Part shown: positions 1 through 9,927 of the stretch, one piece after another
Position numbering within the stretch: the stretch's first letter is position 1
How the letters are laid out: each line of letters opens with the position of its first letter
From: Nanobdellota archaeon
GTDB taxonomy: Archaea > Nanobdellota > Nanobdellia > Woesearchaeales > SKGA01
NCBI GenBank assembly: GCA_051819745.1
Contig: JBNJGO010000005.1
Coordinates: 1 to 48,777 of the forward strand
Reading direction: 5' to 3'
Length of the DNA: 48,777 nucleotides
The notes under the pieces: generated by a model
Told to the model about the DNA's origin: nothing
What the model saw: only the letters and a program-made list of their open reading frames with translations
Databases searched by the model: none
Program-made: the position numbers and the translations under genes

Positions 1-3000
1 ATACGTTCAAGCTCTTTGCAAAGGATCTTGAAGGAAATCGTAACGACACACTTTCATACAAGACAGTTTCGGTAAAAGGGTTGGCACAGCTGGAATGGGA
101 TGCGCCGACAGGAGATCAGAACAGGACGACGTTGAATGTCAGCTGTGAAGTTATTGACAACGAGACCGGCAATCCGATCTCAGGATATCCGGTAACATTC
201 TATGATGGGGATCTCGGTTACTCTATAGGAAGCAATGATACGAACGATTCAGGAATCGCGCAGATACAATACGATTACTCGGGAGCGCTTGTCGGACCAG
301 ACGAGCTTTCATGTGAATTTAACGATGAACCATCGCTCAACTATGAAACAACAGGATCAACAACTGTCTCAGAGACGGTTGACTTCTACGGATACCTCAA
401 CGCGACTATATCTGATCCTGCTTCGAATCAAATATTATATCGTGGCAATGGAGAAATGCTAGATGTTACTGTCGTTGATGAATTTGATAATGTTCCACTT
501 GATGAAAATGGAAACACTGCTTCCTTATTTACAATATGGGATAATTCTTCCGACGAACAGATAGCGACAGGCATAAATACTATTTGGAATATTCCTTCAG
601 ATTACTCCTTAGGGGATGAGCTATTGAATGTAACTGTTTCAGAAAATTATTATTATTCATCAAATGATTCTGTCGATGTTGAAATACGAAGTTATGCCGA
701 GATAAATATGGATTCTCCTGCTAGCGATACATATCCTTTTGGACAAGATATAGATATTAATTGTACTGTCACAGATACCTCTCTTGCAACTACCATCTCT
801 AGTTATGATGTTAATTTCTATAATGATGGTGGTCTTTTAGGTATTGTTTCCACTGATGTTAATGGTGTTGCATCATTCCCTATTTCAACAACAACTCTTG
901 GAAATGGAGACCATCTTCTTAGTTGTAATATTTCTGACGATCCTGCTAATTATTATGATGTTGGTTTGAGTGATGAAGATTCAGTTAGTATTTCGGTTGA
1001 TGGTTCAAATCCTGAAATAAATTATGATGTTTCTACTGATAGTAATGGCACGTATAATAAATCTTGGATTTTTGTCAATGTAACTGTTATTGAAGATAAT
1101 ATAGATTCAGTCTTATTATTTTGGAATGGTGTTGCTCAATCGTTTGACACAAACGAGAGTACTGCTTATTATTCTAATATTTCTTCATTATCTGATGGAG
1201 AACATACATTTTATGCTTTTGTTAATGACACTATTGGTAATGAGAACCAAACTTCCTCTCGAAATATAACGCTTGATACTGGTGCTCCAAATCTTATAAT
1301 AGATACTCCTCTTTCAACGTATTACAACACCACTTCTATTGACTTGAATTACACTGCTAGCGATCAAAATAGAGATTCTTGTTGGTATTCTCTTGACGGG
1401 GGTCCACAACAAGTTATTCCTGGTTGTGCTAACATGTCTCTCTCACCATCTGAAGGAGTTCATACTATTGAAGTTGGTGTCAATGATACTGTTGGTTTTG
1501 ACACTGTCGAATCAGTTACCTTTACAACAGATTATACTTCTCCTAGTGTCTCTATCTCTTCCCCTCAAAATACTGTAGAATATACTGCTAAAGATATTGA
1601 TCTTAATTATACTGTAAGTGATAATACCTTAATTGATTCGTGTTGGTATTCTATTGATTCGCAATCGGTTCAACAACTACCTTCGTGCCAGAACACAAGT
1701 ATCTCTGGATTATCTAATGATAATCATACAATCGTTGTATTCACGAATGATACTGCAGGAAATGTGAATTCAGATTCTCACTGGTTTGAAGTAAATTATA
1801 GTGTGTTGACTGCAACACCAGTATATCCTTTGAATAATAGCGCTATAGCTAGTCAATCAATCGATGTTAATGTAACTACGAACAAACAAGCGACTGAGTG
1901 TAATTATTCTCTTGATGGCGGTGCATTTATTCCAATGACCAATTATACCTTGCTTGATTGGAACGCGACAGTAACGGGTCTTTCTCAAGGAGATCATACT
2001 GTTAGATTTACTTGTACTGACACCATTAATACTTCAACAACAGATATTGTTCATTTCACCGTTGATGTCCTCGCGCCAACCATTACATATAAAGATCCTA
2101 CTCCTCAGAATAATGATGGTCGTGCAGTTGATTGGACTTTGATTAACATTTCTTTGGATGAACCTGCTGATATTGTTAATCTTGAATGGGAAAATGAAAG
2201 TGCAATAGCTAATGTTTCTATGATTTCTGCTAATGAAACTTCTTATTATATTAATATGACAAATTTGAATGATGGAACTTATAATTTTACCGTCTATGCT
2301 AATGATAGTCTTGGCAATCTTGGCTCTGCGGAGACTAGAACTGTTGTTATTGCAACTATAGCCCCTAAAATAAATATTGATAGTCCTATGCAAACAGATT
2401 ATTCTAATAATGTTGTTGATTTGAATGTTTCATCAAATATGGAAATAACAAAATGGTGGTATGTTTTTAACGATAGAAATTTCTCTCTTGTTCCTAATAC
2501 TACAATCGCAGGAGTATTAGGTGCTAATGAGTTAACTGTTTATGGTCGGGATATATACGGTAAAGTGGGTAATGCTTCAATCAATTTCATCGTTAATGAT
2601 ACAACAATGTGGAATGATGAGTTTGATAGTCTGACTGGAATTGGAAATTCAACAAATGTAAAAACAACTGGTTCTGCTGAAATAGATTATTGTTGGCCTG
2701 TTCCTCGAAAAGATGATACTAGTGATTTCAAGAGAAATAGTTGTTGGAATTATAGGAAACCTCTTACTGTAAGCTCTTCAAGCGAACTTACTAATCAGCA
2801 AGTATTACTATCTCTTGATTTGAGTTCTGAAGAAAGTTCTGGATTATTACAATCTGCTTGTGAAGATATTAGATTAGGATTTTTGAATGAAACTTCTGGA
2901 GAAGATCAATCGCTTCCTTATTGGATAGATGATTGTTCAGATTATTCTGATATTAAAGTTTGGACTAAAATTCCTGTAATCTCAACGACAGGAACAACAG

Positions 3001-6000
3001 TTCATGTGTATTATGGTAACAATAAATCCTCAGATGCATCGAACGGAACTCAAGTGTTTGAATTATTTGATGATTTTGATACTGTTTCATCAACTGAGTG
3101 GGGTAGTAATGCGGTCAATTGGAATTCTGAAGATGGAATAGCGACACCTACAGTGGCAGGTTCTGGCTCGCGACTAACTTCAACATATACGACAGGTTCA
3201 GAATTCGCTACAGAATTATTCGTAGCGGCAAATTCTACAAGTGGAGCGGGAGGATACTTTGGAATCGGAAATGGTGCTGGAACAAAATATCTTCGGTTAT
3301 ATTTAGAACCTGAATCCAATCAAGTTAATCTTTACAATGGTGCAAATAATCAACAGTCCGTGGATTCAAGTAAACAACAACATTATACTGTTGAAACGGA
3401 TTTCACTACTGATTCTCATAAATTATATATTAATAATTCAAATACTCCTGATTTAAGCATAACAGGTTCTAGTTCTGGTTCGCAGTCTCAACCGACGTTT
3501 TACTCATATTATGTTGGTGGTTTAGAGATTGACACTTTTGCTGTTAGAAAATTACCTGTAACTTCTATAACAACCAGTTCACTCGGATCCCAACAACGTC
3601 CTGTTGTTAATGCGACGATGAAAACAAATTATATTACTCCAGATGTAATAACTGCATGGGATTCATTAACAGTCCAAGGGTCCTTCCCTTCTGGAACCTC
3701 AGCCGTATTTAGATTACTTAATCAAACAGGTGGTAATATTTGTAGTAATTTATCATATGCTCAAGTTTCTTCAGGATTTGATATTTGTTCTGATGCAGGA
3801 AACCAATCACTTGCTCTTGAAACAGATTTTATCACCGACTCTTCGACTGCGACTCCTTTGATAGATTCTCTTCAAATTTCTTGGATGGAAGAAGATTTAC
3901 AACCTCCTGTTGTTTCGCTTGTTTCCCCAGCACATATGAGTGGTGATAATGATGGCGATATTACTTTCTCTTACCAAGTTACAGACATAGGGGATGTGCA
4001 AAGTTGTACTCTATATGTAGATGATAATTCATTACAAACAAATATTTCTTCACTTGAAGGAACGACTAGAACCTTTTCAGAATCAGGTTTTTTGCCTGCT
4101 GATTATACCTGGAATGTGGAATGTACTGATACTAACGGTAATTCTGCAAACTCAACCCAACGAACAGTAACGGTTATCGATACGACGGTATTTGATCAAG
4201 CAACTGATTTATCAACTGAAAATATTTCTCAAATTAGTGATTTTACTGTTGAAAATAGTTTATTTGGTTCAGTAAATTATACTGCACCTGTAAATTTGAT
4301 TGGCGGTGCAAATATTTCTTCACTGATAAACATATCAACAAATAATGTAACGGTCAATACAATCACTGAACCAAGAATAAATGAGTCTGCAATCATAACC
4401 ATGTATGGTCTTGATTACAAAGCGACTCCTTTAATTCTTAAAGATAACACCTTGTGTCTAACGCCTGCGTGTCAAGTGAACAGTTATGCTCCATCTACAG
4501 GAACTCTTGTGTTTAACGTTAGTGGATTTAGCAGTTATACTACTATTAATAATTCAGCATTGAATATATCTGATGATGTTGATAAAGGACTGACCAAAAG
4601 AGCACAGGAAAACGTAACCTTCTATGCAAACTATACCTTCTTTGACTCAGGAGACTCGATCAACGGTTCGGGAGTGTATTGTGAAATACAATTTGAAGAA
4701 GGCACTTGGACTACTCCAGAGACAATGAGCTACGATGAGAATGAAAGGATATACACCTATAACCACTCGTTTGCAACCAAAGGATCTTACAACTGGTCGG
4801 TCTATTGTAACGGAACAGCACAAGACGGAGAGCCGATCAACCTGACTGATAATGTCACCGTAAATGAATTCATCGCCCCTGATACTACAACTCCGGACAT
4901 AGAATATGTTGAGCCAACAGACAATAATACGCAAGTAGTATCGAGAACATGGTCATATATCAACGTCAGCGCTAATGACACCAACGATATGAGTGGATTT
5001 ATCGATATGGATAATCAATTACTCGGGTACTGGAGTTTTGATGAATACTCCGGTTCGACAATTGTCGATCACTCCAGCTTCGAAAACAATGCAACCCTAT
5101 ACAGCGGAGCTAGCGTTAGTGGTGGTGTATACGATGAAATAAGAGGTAATTACTCTCAATTAGATGGTGATGACGATTATGTTGCTGCATCCTATGACCA
5201 GATATACGATGTAGAGGGTGAATTCACCCTCGAAATGTGGGTTAAAGAAGGATCACAACAGAACAGCTGGGCAACTCTTGCCAACAGAAATGGTGATAAT
5301 GGTTTTAACTTACAACACAATAACGCAAATACTGAATTCGAATTTGCAGTTGATACCAGTGAAGGAAGACAATTTATCAACCAAGCACCACCAGGGGGCA
5401 TTAACCAAGGAGAATGGTACCACGTAGCTGGAGTGTATGACGGCTCAAACATAAGACTATATGTCAATGGTGAAGAAATAGATAGCGGATCACACTCAGG
5501 AACGGTCAATCCATCAACAAGCGACCTTTATGTGGGAGCACGATATGTATATGGAAGTACAGATAGAGAATTCAACGGTTCAATTGATGAAGTGAAATAT
5601 TGGAATAGAAGTCTCTCGCCAGAAGAAATCAACGCAAGCTACATCCTGGATGCCAATGCATTCAAAAGGAATGTAACGAGTCTAGTTAATGGAACTCACT
5701 CTTTTGACGCTTGCGTCATCGATAAAGGAGGAAATAAGAATTGCACCGAAACAAGATCGATCATAATCGACCAAAACATCCCTGAAATAAGTTATGTTCC
5801 ACCAACACCAGAAGATAACGAGTACACCTCAGAAAACTGGGTGTATGTCAACGTTAGTGTTGTCGAACAGAATCTTGATACAGTAACCCTTGATTGGAAC
5901 GGAACGAATGAGACATTATCATGTCAAGGAAGCTCTCCGAATCATGTATGCGGAATCAACAAGACAGGTCTTGTAACAGGAAACTACACCATCAAAGGAT

Positions 6001-8861
6001 ATGCGAATGATAGCGCAGGATTCGAAAATAACACCTTGCAACGAAATGTCATCGTGGATCTTGATAATCCGCTAGCAACAATCCAATCACCCGGTAACAA
6101 CTCCTACCATGACACCACAAACAGTCTCGATTTAAATTACACCGTTTCGGATAATTACAATATCGATACGTGTAGCTATTCGATCGATAACGCTGCCTGG
6201 CAAGAAATACCTGGATGTAACAATATCACACTACCGAGTCTTACAAACGATGTTCACAACATAACATTGCGTGTAAATGATACTGCAGGAAATGTGAATA
6301 CAACCACTCATCATTTCGAGATAAATCTCTCAAGCCTTGATATAATACCTTCATATCCGATAAACACAACGTTCCACAATGAATCAACCATCGATTTGAA
6401 TATCAGTGTCAACAGACCGGTAACTAGTTGTAATTACACTCTCGATTCAGGAATCGCCGTTTCGATGACAAACACCTCATCTGTTGATTGGACGGCAAGT
6501 GCAACGTCATTATCAGAAGGAGAACACATTGCCAATTACACTTGTGACGATGGTATGGGAACACAAGCTAACGAAATAGTCAATTTCACCATCGATACAA
6601 CACAACCAACATTGACACTTTCTACTCCTGTCAATGAGAACCACTACAACTCCCAAGATATCGATGTCAATTATACCGCGACAGATCAAACAAACCTGAC
6701 TTGCTCGTACTCTCTTGATGAAGGGGTTTTCAATACAATAACGGATTGTCAAAACTTCACGCTATCAACGCTATCTCAAGGAAGACACAATATCACACTC
6801 AAGGTGGTCGATGAAGCTCTTAATGAGAATACAGTATTCGCTAACTTTACCGTCGATACCATCCTGCCAAACATAACAATAGAATCACCTCATAACACAA
6901 GCTATAATCATACTGAGATACCATTCAATATCACAACAAACGAACCAACAACGACATGCGAGTATGACATCAACAATACAGGTAATGTCAGCATGAATGC
7001 AGTCAGCCAAACACAATACAATGCAAGTCCTGCGCTTACAGACGGAAAATACAATGTTACCTTCCACTGTAATGATACTGCTGGAAATAGCAATGAGAAA
7101 ACAATTTCGTATGTCATTGACACAATAAAACCATCTCTTGACTTCATCCCACCAACCAAAACTGACGGGGCAACCATTTCAGAAAACCGAACGACCTTCA
7201 ATCTATCAATACATGATGCCACAACTACAAGTAGCTATATTGACTTTAATAACGAATTAGTCGGTTACTGGAATTTTGAGACCATGATTGATTCAACCAC
7301 GGTTAAAGATTCTTCCTCATACGGCTTTAACGGCACTCTACAAAATACCGTGCAATTGGATACAAACAAGAATATCAGAGGTCGATACGCCACATTCAAT
7401 GGAATCGATCAAGATATAAAGATCCCTCATCAAGACGAATTAGATATTACCGGGAACGTTTCAGTAGAAGCATGGGTTAAAGAAGGAAACCAATCAAACA
7501 GTTGGGCTAATATTGTTAACAGAAACGGAAATGATGGTTATAGAATACAACACAACCAAGAAAATACAGAATTTGAATTCGGAGCGGGTGGGGATTATGT
7601 CAGCGGTGCTCTCGGCGAAGGAATACTACAAGGGAAATGGTATCATGTGGTAGGAACGTATGATGGTCAAACATTACGATTATATGTCAACGGAGAACTC
7701 GTTTCCTCAAAATCCGAAACAGGCCCAACCCAATCTTCAACAGCTGATCTTTACATAGGAAGTTATCAAGGTCTGAGCAGGCAATTCAACGGATCAATCG
7801 ACGAAGTCAAGATATGGAATACCACGCTTACACCAGAACAAATCAATGCCAGCTACCAATCAAAAGCAACAGTGGCGCTAAACAAGTCCGACCTTCAAGA
7901 CGGCACGTACGAATATGATGGCTGTGCTATAGATAGCGCTGGAAATTATAATTGCACGACACAAACAATAACAATCTCATCAACACCAGATATCGACCTG
8001 TATGTAGAATCGATGAAACTCAACGAAACGTCAATTGTAGAAAATGATGTTGTAGATGTGATACTGAATATTACTAACAACGGAACGGCAGTTGCAGAAA
8101 ATGTCACTGTCGATCTTAACATATCTATATGGAGAGGGACAAAACAAGTCGTCTCCTCACTTAACGATACGATAGATATTATTGGAGATAGTTCTCAAGA
8201 AGTAACCTTTGAGTGGATGGCAGGACTAGGAACATACTATTTTGATGCATACCTTGATTCGAACAACAGTATCTCAGAGTTCAATGAAACCAACAACAAT
8301 AAAACCATAAATACCTCTGTCTCTGCATGGCAATTATTATACGGTGATTACAATTATACATACATACTTGGAGATGCAACCAATAAGAACTTCATAAACT
8401 GGTCTAATTTTGTTGCAAAAGGAAATGTCTATTATTCGGATGTAGATGCGAATTATTATCCATTCGACCTCAAACCCCTAAACGGAACGAACGATTTCCA
8501 GGAACTGGATCAGGCACTTGGAATGACATATTTCAACGATTCAATCAAAAAAGTTTTTGATGTTGATAATAATGGTATGGCTGATCAAACAACAAGTTTT
8601 ACCGTTGGTGGAAGTCAAATTGAAAATGTTCCTATTATTGATTCAACCAGTGCTGGAACATTCATAACAGGACTATTATGGGATTCTGCTGATGGTGGAA
8701 GCGAGTATGATGGTTCGCAAGATGTTATTGTCATAACAAAACTTAACGAATCAACTGCTGGTTTATTTGGAACATATGATTATGAAGTTCGACTACCTGT
8801 TCTATTGAGAAACCAAACTGGAATTACAAATCAAATAGAACGATATGATGAACTCCAATAA
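1..8861 (+). CDS. Giant secreted surface adhesin, 5'-truncated (Ig-like repeats, DUF2341, two LamG/concanavalin-like lectin domains, CARDB, C-terminal 'W-x-G-x-Y/F-G...Y-x-EL' domain)
   Basis: Frame of the 81..8861 ORF is open from position 3 (ACG TTC AAG CTC...), so the TTG at 81 is not the start. Repeated D-x-x-x-P-x-I Ig-like modules with Cys pairs. WNYRKPLTV...DIR...LPYWI...VWTK...YYGN resembles DUF2341 (~2740-3060). Two GYW-x-F...WYHV-x-G-x-YDG...LYVNG...F-x-GSIDEVK-x-WN LamG domains (~5020-5650, ~7255-7860). DL-x-V...N-x-G...D-x-NN-x-I-x-E-x-NE-x-NN CARDB (~7990-8310). Very dense N-x-S/T sequons. No C-terminal TM helix. Confidence 0.9.
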   Translation, partial: TFKLFAKDLEGNRNDTLSYKTVSVKGLAQLEWDAPTGDQNRTTLNVSCEVIDNETGNPISGYPVTFYDGDLGYSIGSNDTNDSGIAQIQYDYSGALVGPDELSCEFNDEPSLNYETTGSTTVSETVDFYGYLNATISDPASNQILYRGNGEMLDVTVVDEFDNVPLDENGNTASLFTIWDNSSDEQIATGINTIWNIPSDYSLGDELLNVTVSENYYYSSNDSVDVEIRSYAEINMDSPASDTYPFGQDIDINCTVTDTSLATTISSYDVNFYNDGGLLGIVSTDVNGVASFPISTTTLGNGDHLLSCNISDDPANYYDVGLSDEDSVSISVDGSNPEINYDVSTDSNGTYNKSWIFVNVTVIEDNIDSVLLFWNGVAQSFDTNESTAYYSNISSLSDGEHTFYAFVNDTIGNENQTSSRNITLDTGAPNLIIDTPLSTYYNTTSIDLNYTASDQNRDSCWYSLDGGPQQVIPGCANMSLSPSEGVHTIEVGVNDTVGFDTVESVTFTTDYTSPSVSISSPQNTVEYTAKDIDLNYTVSDNTLIDSCWYSIDSQSVQQLPSCQNTSISGLSNDNHTIVVFTNDTAGNVNSDSHWFEVNYSVLTATPVYPLNNSAIASQSIDVNVTTNKQATECNYSLDGGAFIPMTNYTLLDWNATVTGLSQGDHTVRFTCTDTINTSTTDIVHFTVDVLAPTITYKDPTPQNNDGRAVDWTLINISLDEPADIVNLEWENESAIANVSMISANETSYYINMTNLNDGTYNFTVYANDSLGNLGSAETRTVVIATIAPKINIDSPMQTDYSNNVVDLNVSSNMEITKWWYVFNDRNFSLVPNTTIAGVLGANELTVYGRDIYGKVGNASINFIVNDTTMWNDEFDSLTGIGNSTNVKTTGSAEIDYCWPVPRKDDTSDFKRNSCWNYRKPLTVSSSSELTNQQVLLSLDLSSEESSGLLQSACEDIRLGFLNETSGEDQSLPYWIDDCSDYSDIKVWTKIPVISTTGTTVHVYYGNNKSSDASNGTQVFELFDDFDTVSSTEWGSNAVNWNSEDGIATPTVAGSGSRLTSTYTTGSEFATELFVAANSTSGAGGYFGIGNGAGTKYLRLYLEPESNQVNLYNGANNQQSVDSSKQQHYTVETDFTTDSHKLYINNSNTPDLSITGSSSGSQSQPTFYSYYVGGLEIDTFAVRKLPVTSITTSSLGSQQRPVVNATMKTNYITPDVITAWDSLTVQGSFPSGTSAVFRLLNQTGGNICSNLSYAQVSSGFDICSDAGNQSLALETDFITDSSTATPLIDSLQISWMEEDLQPPVVSLVSPAHMSGDNDGDITFSYQVTDIGDVQSCTLYVDDNSLQTNISSLEGTTRTFSESGFLPADYTWNVECTDTNGNSANSTQRTVTVIDTTVFDQATDLSTENISQISDFTVENSLFGSVNYTAPVNLIGGANISSLINISTNNVTVNTITEPRINESAIITMYGLDYKATPLILKDNTLCLTPACQVNSYAPSTGTLVFNVSGFSSYTTINNSALNISDDVDKGLTKRAQENVTFYANYTFFDSGDSINGSGVYCEIQFEEGTWTTPETMSYDENERIYTYNHSFATKGSYNWSVYCNGTAQDGEPINLTDNVTVNEFIAPDTTTPDIEYVEPTDNNTQVVSRTWSYINVSANDTNDMSGFIDMDNQLLGYWSFDEYSGSTIVDHSSFENNATLYSGASVSGGVYDEIRGNYSQLDGDDDYVAASYDQIYDVEGEFTLEMWVKEGSQQNSWATLANRNGDNGFNLQHNNANTEFEFAVDTSEGRQFINQAPPGGINQGEWYHVAGVYDGSNIRLYVNGEEIDSGSHSGTVNPSTSDLYVGARYVYGSTDREFNGSIDEVKYWNRSLSPEEINASYILDANAFKRNVTSLVNGTHSFDACVIDKGGNKNCTETRSIIIDQNIPEISYVPPTPEDNEYTSENWVYVNVSVVEQNLDTVTLDWNGTNETLSCQGSSPNHVCGINKTGLVTGNYTIKGYANDSAGFENNTLQRNVIVDLDNPLATIQSPGNNSYHDTTNSLDLNYTVSDNYNIDTCSYSIDNAAWQEIPGCNNITLPSLTNDVHNITLRVNDTAGNVNTTTHHFEINLSSLDIIPSYPINTTFHNESTIDLNISVNRPVTSCNYTLDSGIAVSMTNTSSVDWTASATSLSEGEHIANYTCDDGMGTQANEIVNFTIDTTQPTLTLSTPVNENHYNSQDIDVNYTATDQTNLTCSYSLDEGVFNTITDCQNFTLSTLSQGRHNITLKVVDEALNENTVFANFTVDTILPNITIESPHNTSYNHTEIPFNITTNEPTTTCEYDINNTGNVSMNAVSQTQYNASPALTDGKYNVTFHCNDTAGNSNEKTISYVIDTIKPSLDFIPPTKTDGATISENRTTFNLSIHDATTTSSYIDFNNELVGYWNFETMIDSTTVKDSSSYGFNGTLQNTVQLDTNKNIRGRYATFNGIDQDIKIPHQDELDITGNVSVEAWVKEGNQSNSWANIVNRNGNDGYRIQHNQENTEFEFGAGGDYVSGALGEGILQGKWYHVVGTYDGQTLRLYVNGELVSSKSETGPTQSSTADLYIGSYQGLSRQFNGSIDEVKIWNTTLTPEQINASYQSKATVALNKSDLQDGTYEYDGCAIDSAGNYNCTTQTITISSTPDIDLYVESMKLNETSIVENDVVDVILNITNNGTAVAENVTVDLNISIWRGTKQVVSSLNDTIDIIGDSSQEVTFEWMAGLGTYYFDAYLDSNNSISEFNETNNNKTINTSVSAWQLLYGDYNYTYILGDATNKNFINWSNFVAKGNVYYSDVDANYYPFDLKPLNGTNDFQELDQALGMTYFNDSIKKVFDVDNNGMADQTTSFTVGGSQIENVPIIDSTSAGTFITGLLWDSADGGSEYDGSQDVIVITKLNESTAGLFGTYDYEVRLPVLLRNQTGITNQIERYDELQ

Positions 8862-8880
8862 ATACATAATGCCTTATAGG

Positions 8881-8895
8881 TAAATTTATAAAATA
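8881..8895 (+). promoter_or_regulatory. Archaeal TATA-box promoter for the 8950-16433 gene run
   Basis: TAAATTTATAAAATA about 60 nt upstream of ATG 8950, which has an AAGGTG SD. Confidence 0.55.
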
Positions 8896-8949
8896 AAATG
8901 TGTCGTCAATTATATTGTTGTGAAAAAATATGAATATAAAGGTGTTTTT

Positions 8950-9927
8950 ATGAAGATTCACTCGTTTAAACAAGCGAAACAAAATAAGTCAGTGTTATCG
9001 CTACTTATAGTGCTTGCAGTAATTTTATCCTCTGCAGTTATAGCTATTGATGGTAACTCATCGGAAAATCTTACTCTAAACCATTCTTTCAATAATACTA
9101 CTATTATGAATGATTCCTTGAATGATACACTCGCATTTCCATCAAATGATTCGCAAGATGATTCTTTTGTTATTTCAAATGACTCTATTATTGAAAACTC
9201 AACAACACGTAATGCAACTTTAAACACTACTTTCAATAAGACAAACACTACTGATAATGGAACTACTACTATAATAGAAAATATTTCTTCAAACTTCTCT
9301 AACGGATTGCGAGGAACAATAATTAATGGTTCGAGTGTAATTAATAATTCTTCTTCGTTCTATCTTAAATTAGGTGATGAAAATATAACTTCGATGAACA
9401 TATCTGTTCTTTCTTCAAATCAGGAAGAAGTCGTAGTTGGAAAAGAGGTTATTCTTACTCAAACATTGAGTGTTCACAATAGTGGTGATGAAATAATAAC
9501 ACCAACTATTAATTTATGGGATGTTGAAGTTGGAACACATTTGATTAATAGTACAACTTCGCTTGAAGTTTATGATGATGATGTTTTAATTTCAGAACAA
9601 CCTTTATTTTCTCAAAAAATTAATCCTGGTCAGACTATTGATCTTAGAGTTGTTTATACATTACCTCCTGTACTGGTTGAAACATTTTGTAACCAGACCA
9701 CTTTACAAGATACCTTGCCTGAAGATGCAACAATTCTTAACCATACTATTGATCCAAATACTGTTTTAGGTACAACCTGCAGGATAGACATAACTCATGC
9801 TGGGAAATATCCTTACAAAAAATTTCTAGCTCCTATAAATATTTCTTTCACTGGAAATCTTAAAACAATCACTAATGCAAAGACTGGAGAGGAGTTAGTT
9901 CTCACTGAAAATAAACTTATACTATGA
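8950..9927 (+). CDS. Secreted Asn/Ser/Thr-rich glycoprotein, unknown function
   Basis: ORF track 8920..9927. ATG 8950 lies 5 nt after a GGTG SD. Basic n-region plus hydrophobic signal peptide, then a low-complexity N-x-S/T-rich stalk and a beta-sandwich-like region. The stop overlaps the next start (ATGA). Confidence 0.75.
   Translation: MKIHSFKQAKQNKSVLSLLIVLAVILSSAVIAIDGNSSENLTLNHSFNNTTIMNDSLNDTLAFPSNDSQDDSFVISNDSIIENSTTRNATLNTTFNKTNTTDNGTTTIIENISSNFSNGLRGTIINGSSVINNSSSFYLKLGDENITSMNISVLSSNQEEVVVGKEVILTQTLSVHNSGDEIITPTINLWDVEVGTHLINSTTSLEVYDDDVLISEQPLFSQKINPGQTIDLRVVYTLPPVLVETFCNQTTLQDTLPEDATILNHTIDPNTVLGTTCRIDITHAGKYPYKKFLAPINISFTGNLKTITNAKTGEELVLTENKLIL

Noticed and set aside
1-8861. Diversity-generating retroelement acting on the adhesin
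   Set aside because: No reverse transcriptase and no template/variable repeat pair with adenine-specific mismatches was seen in the window.
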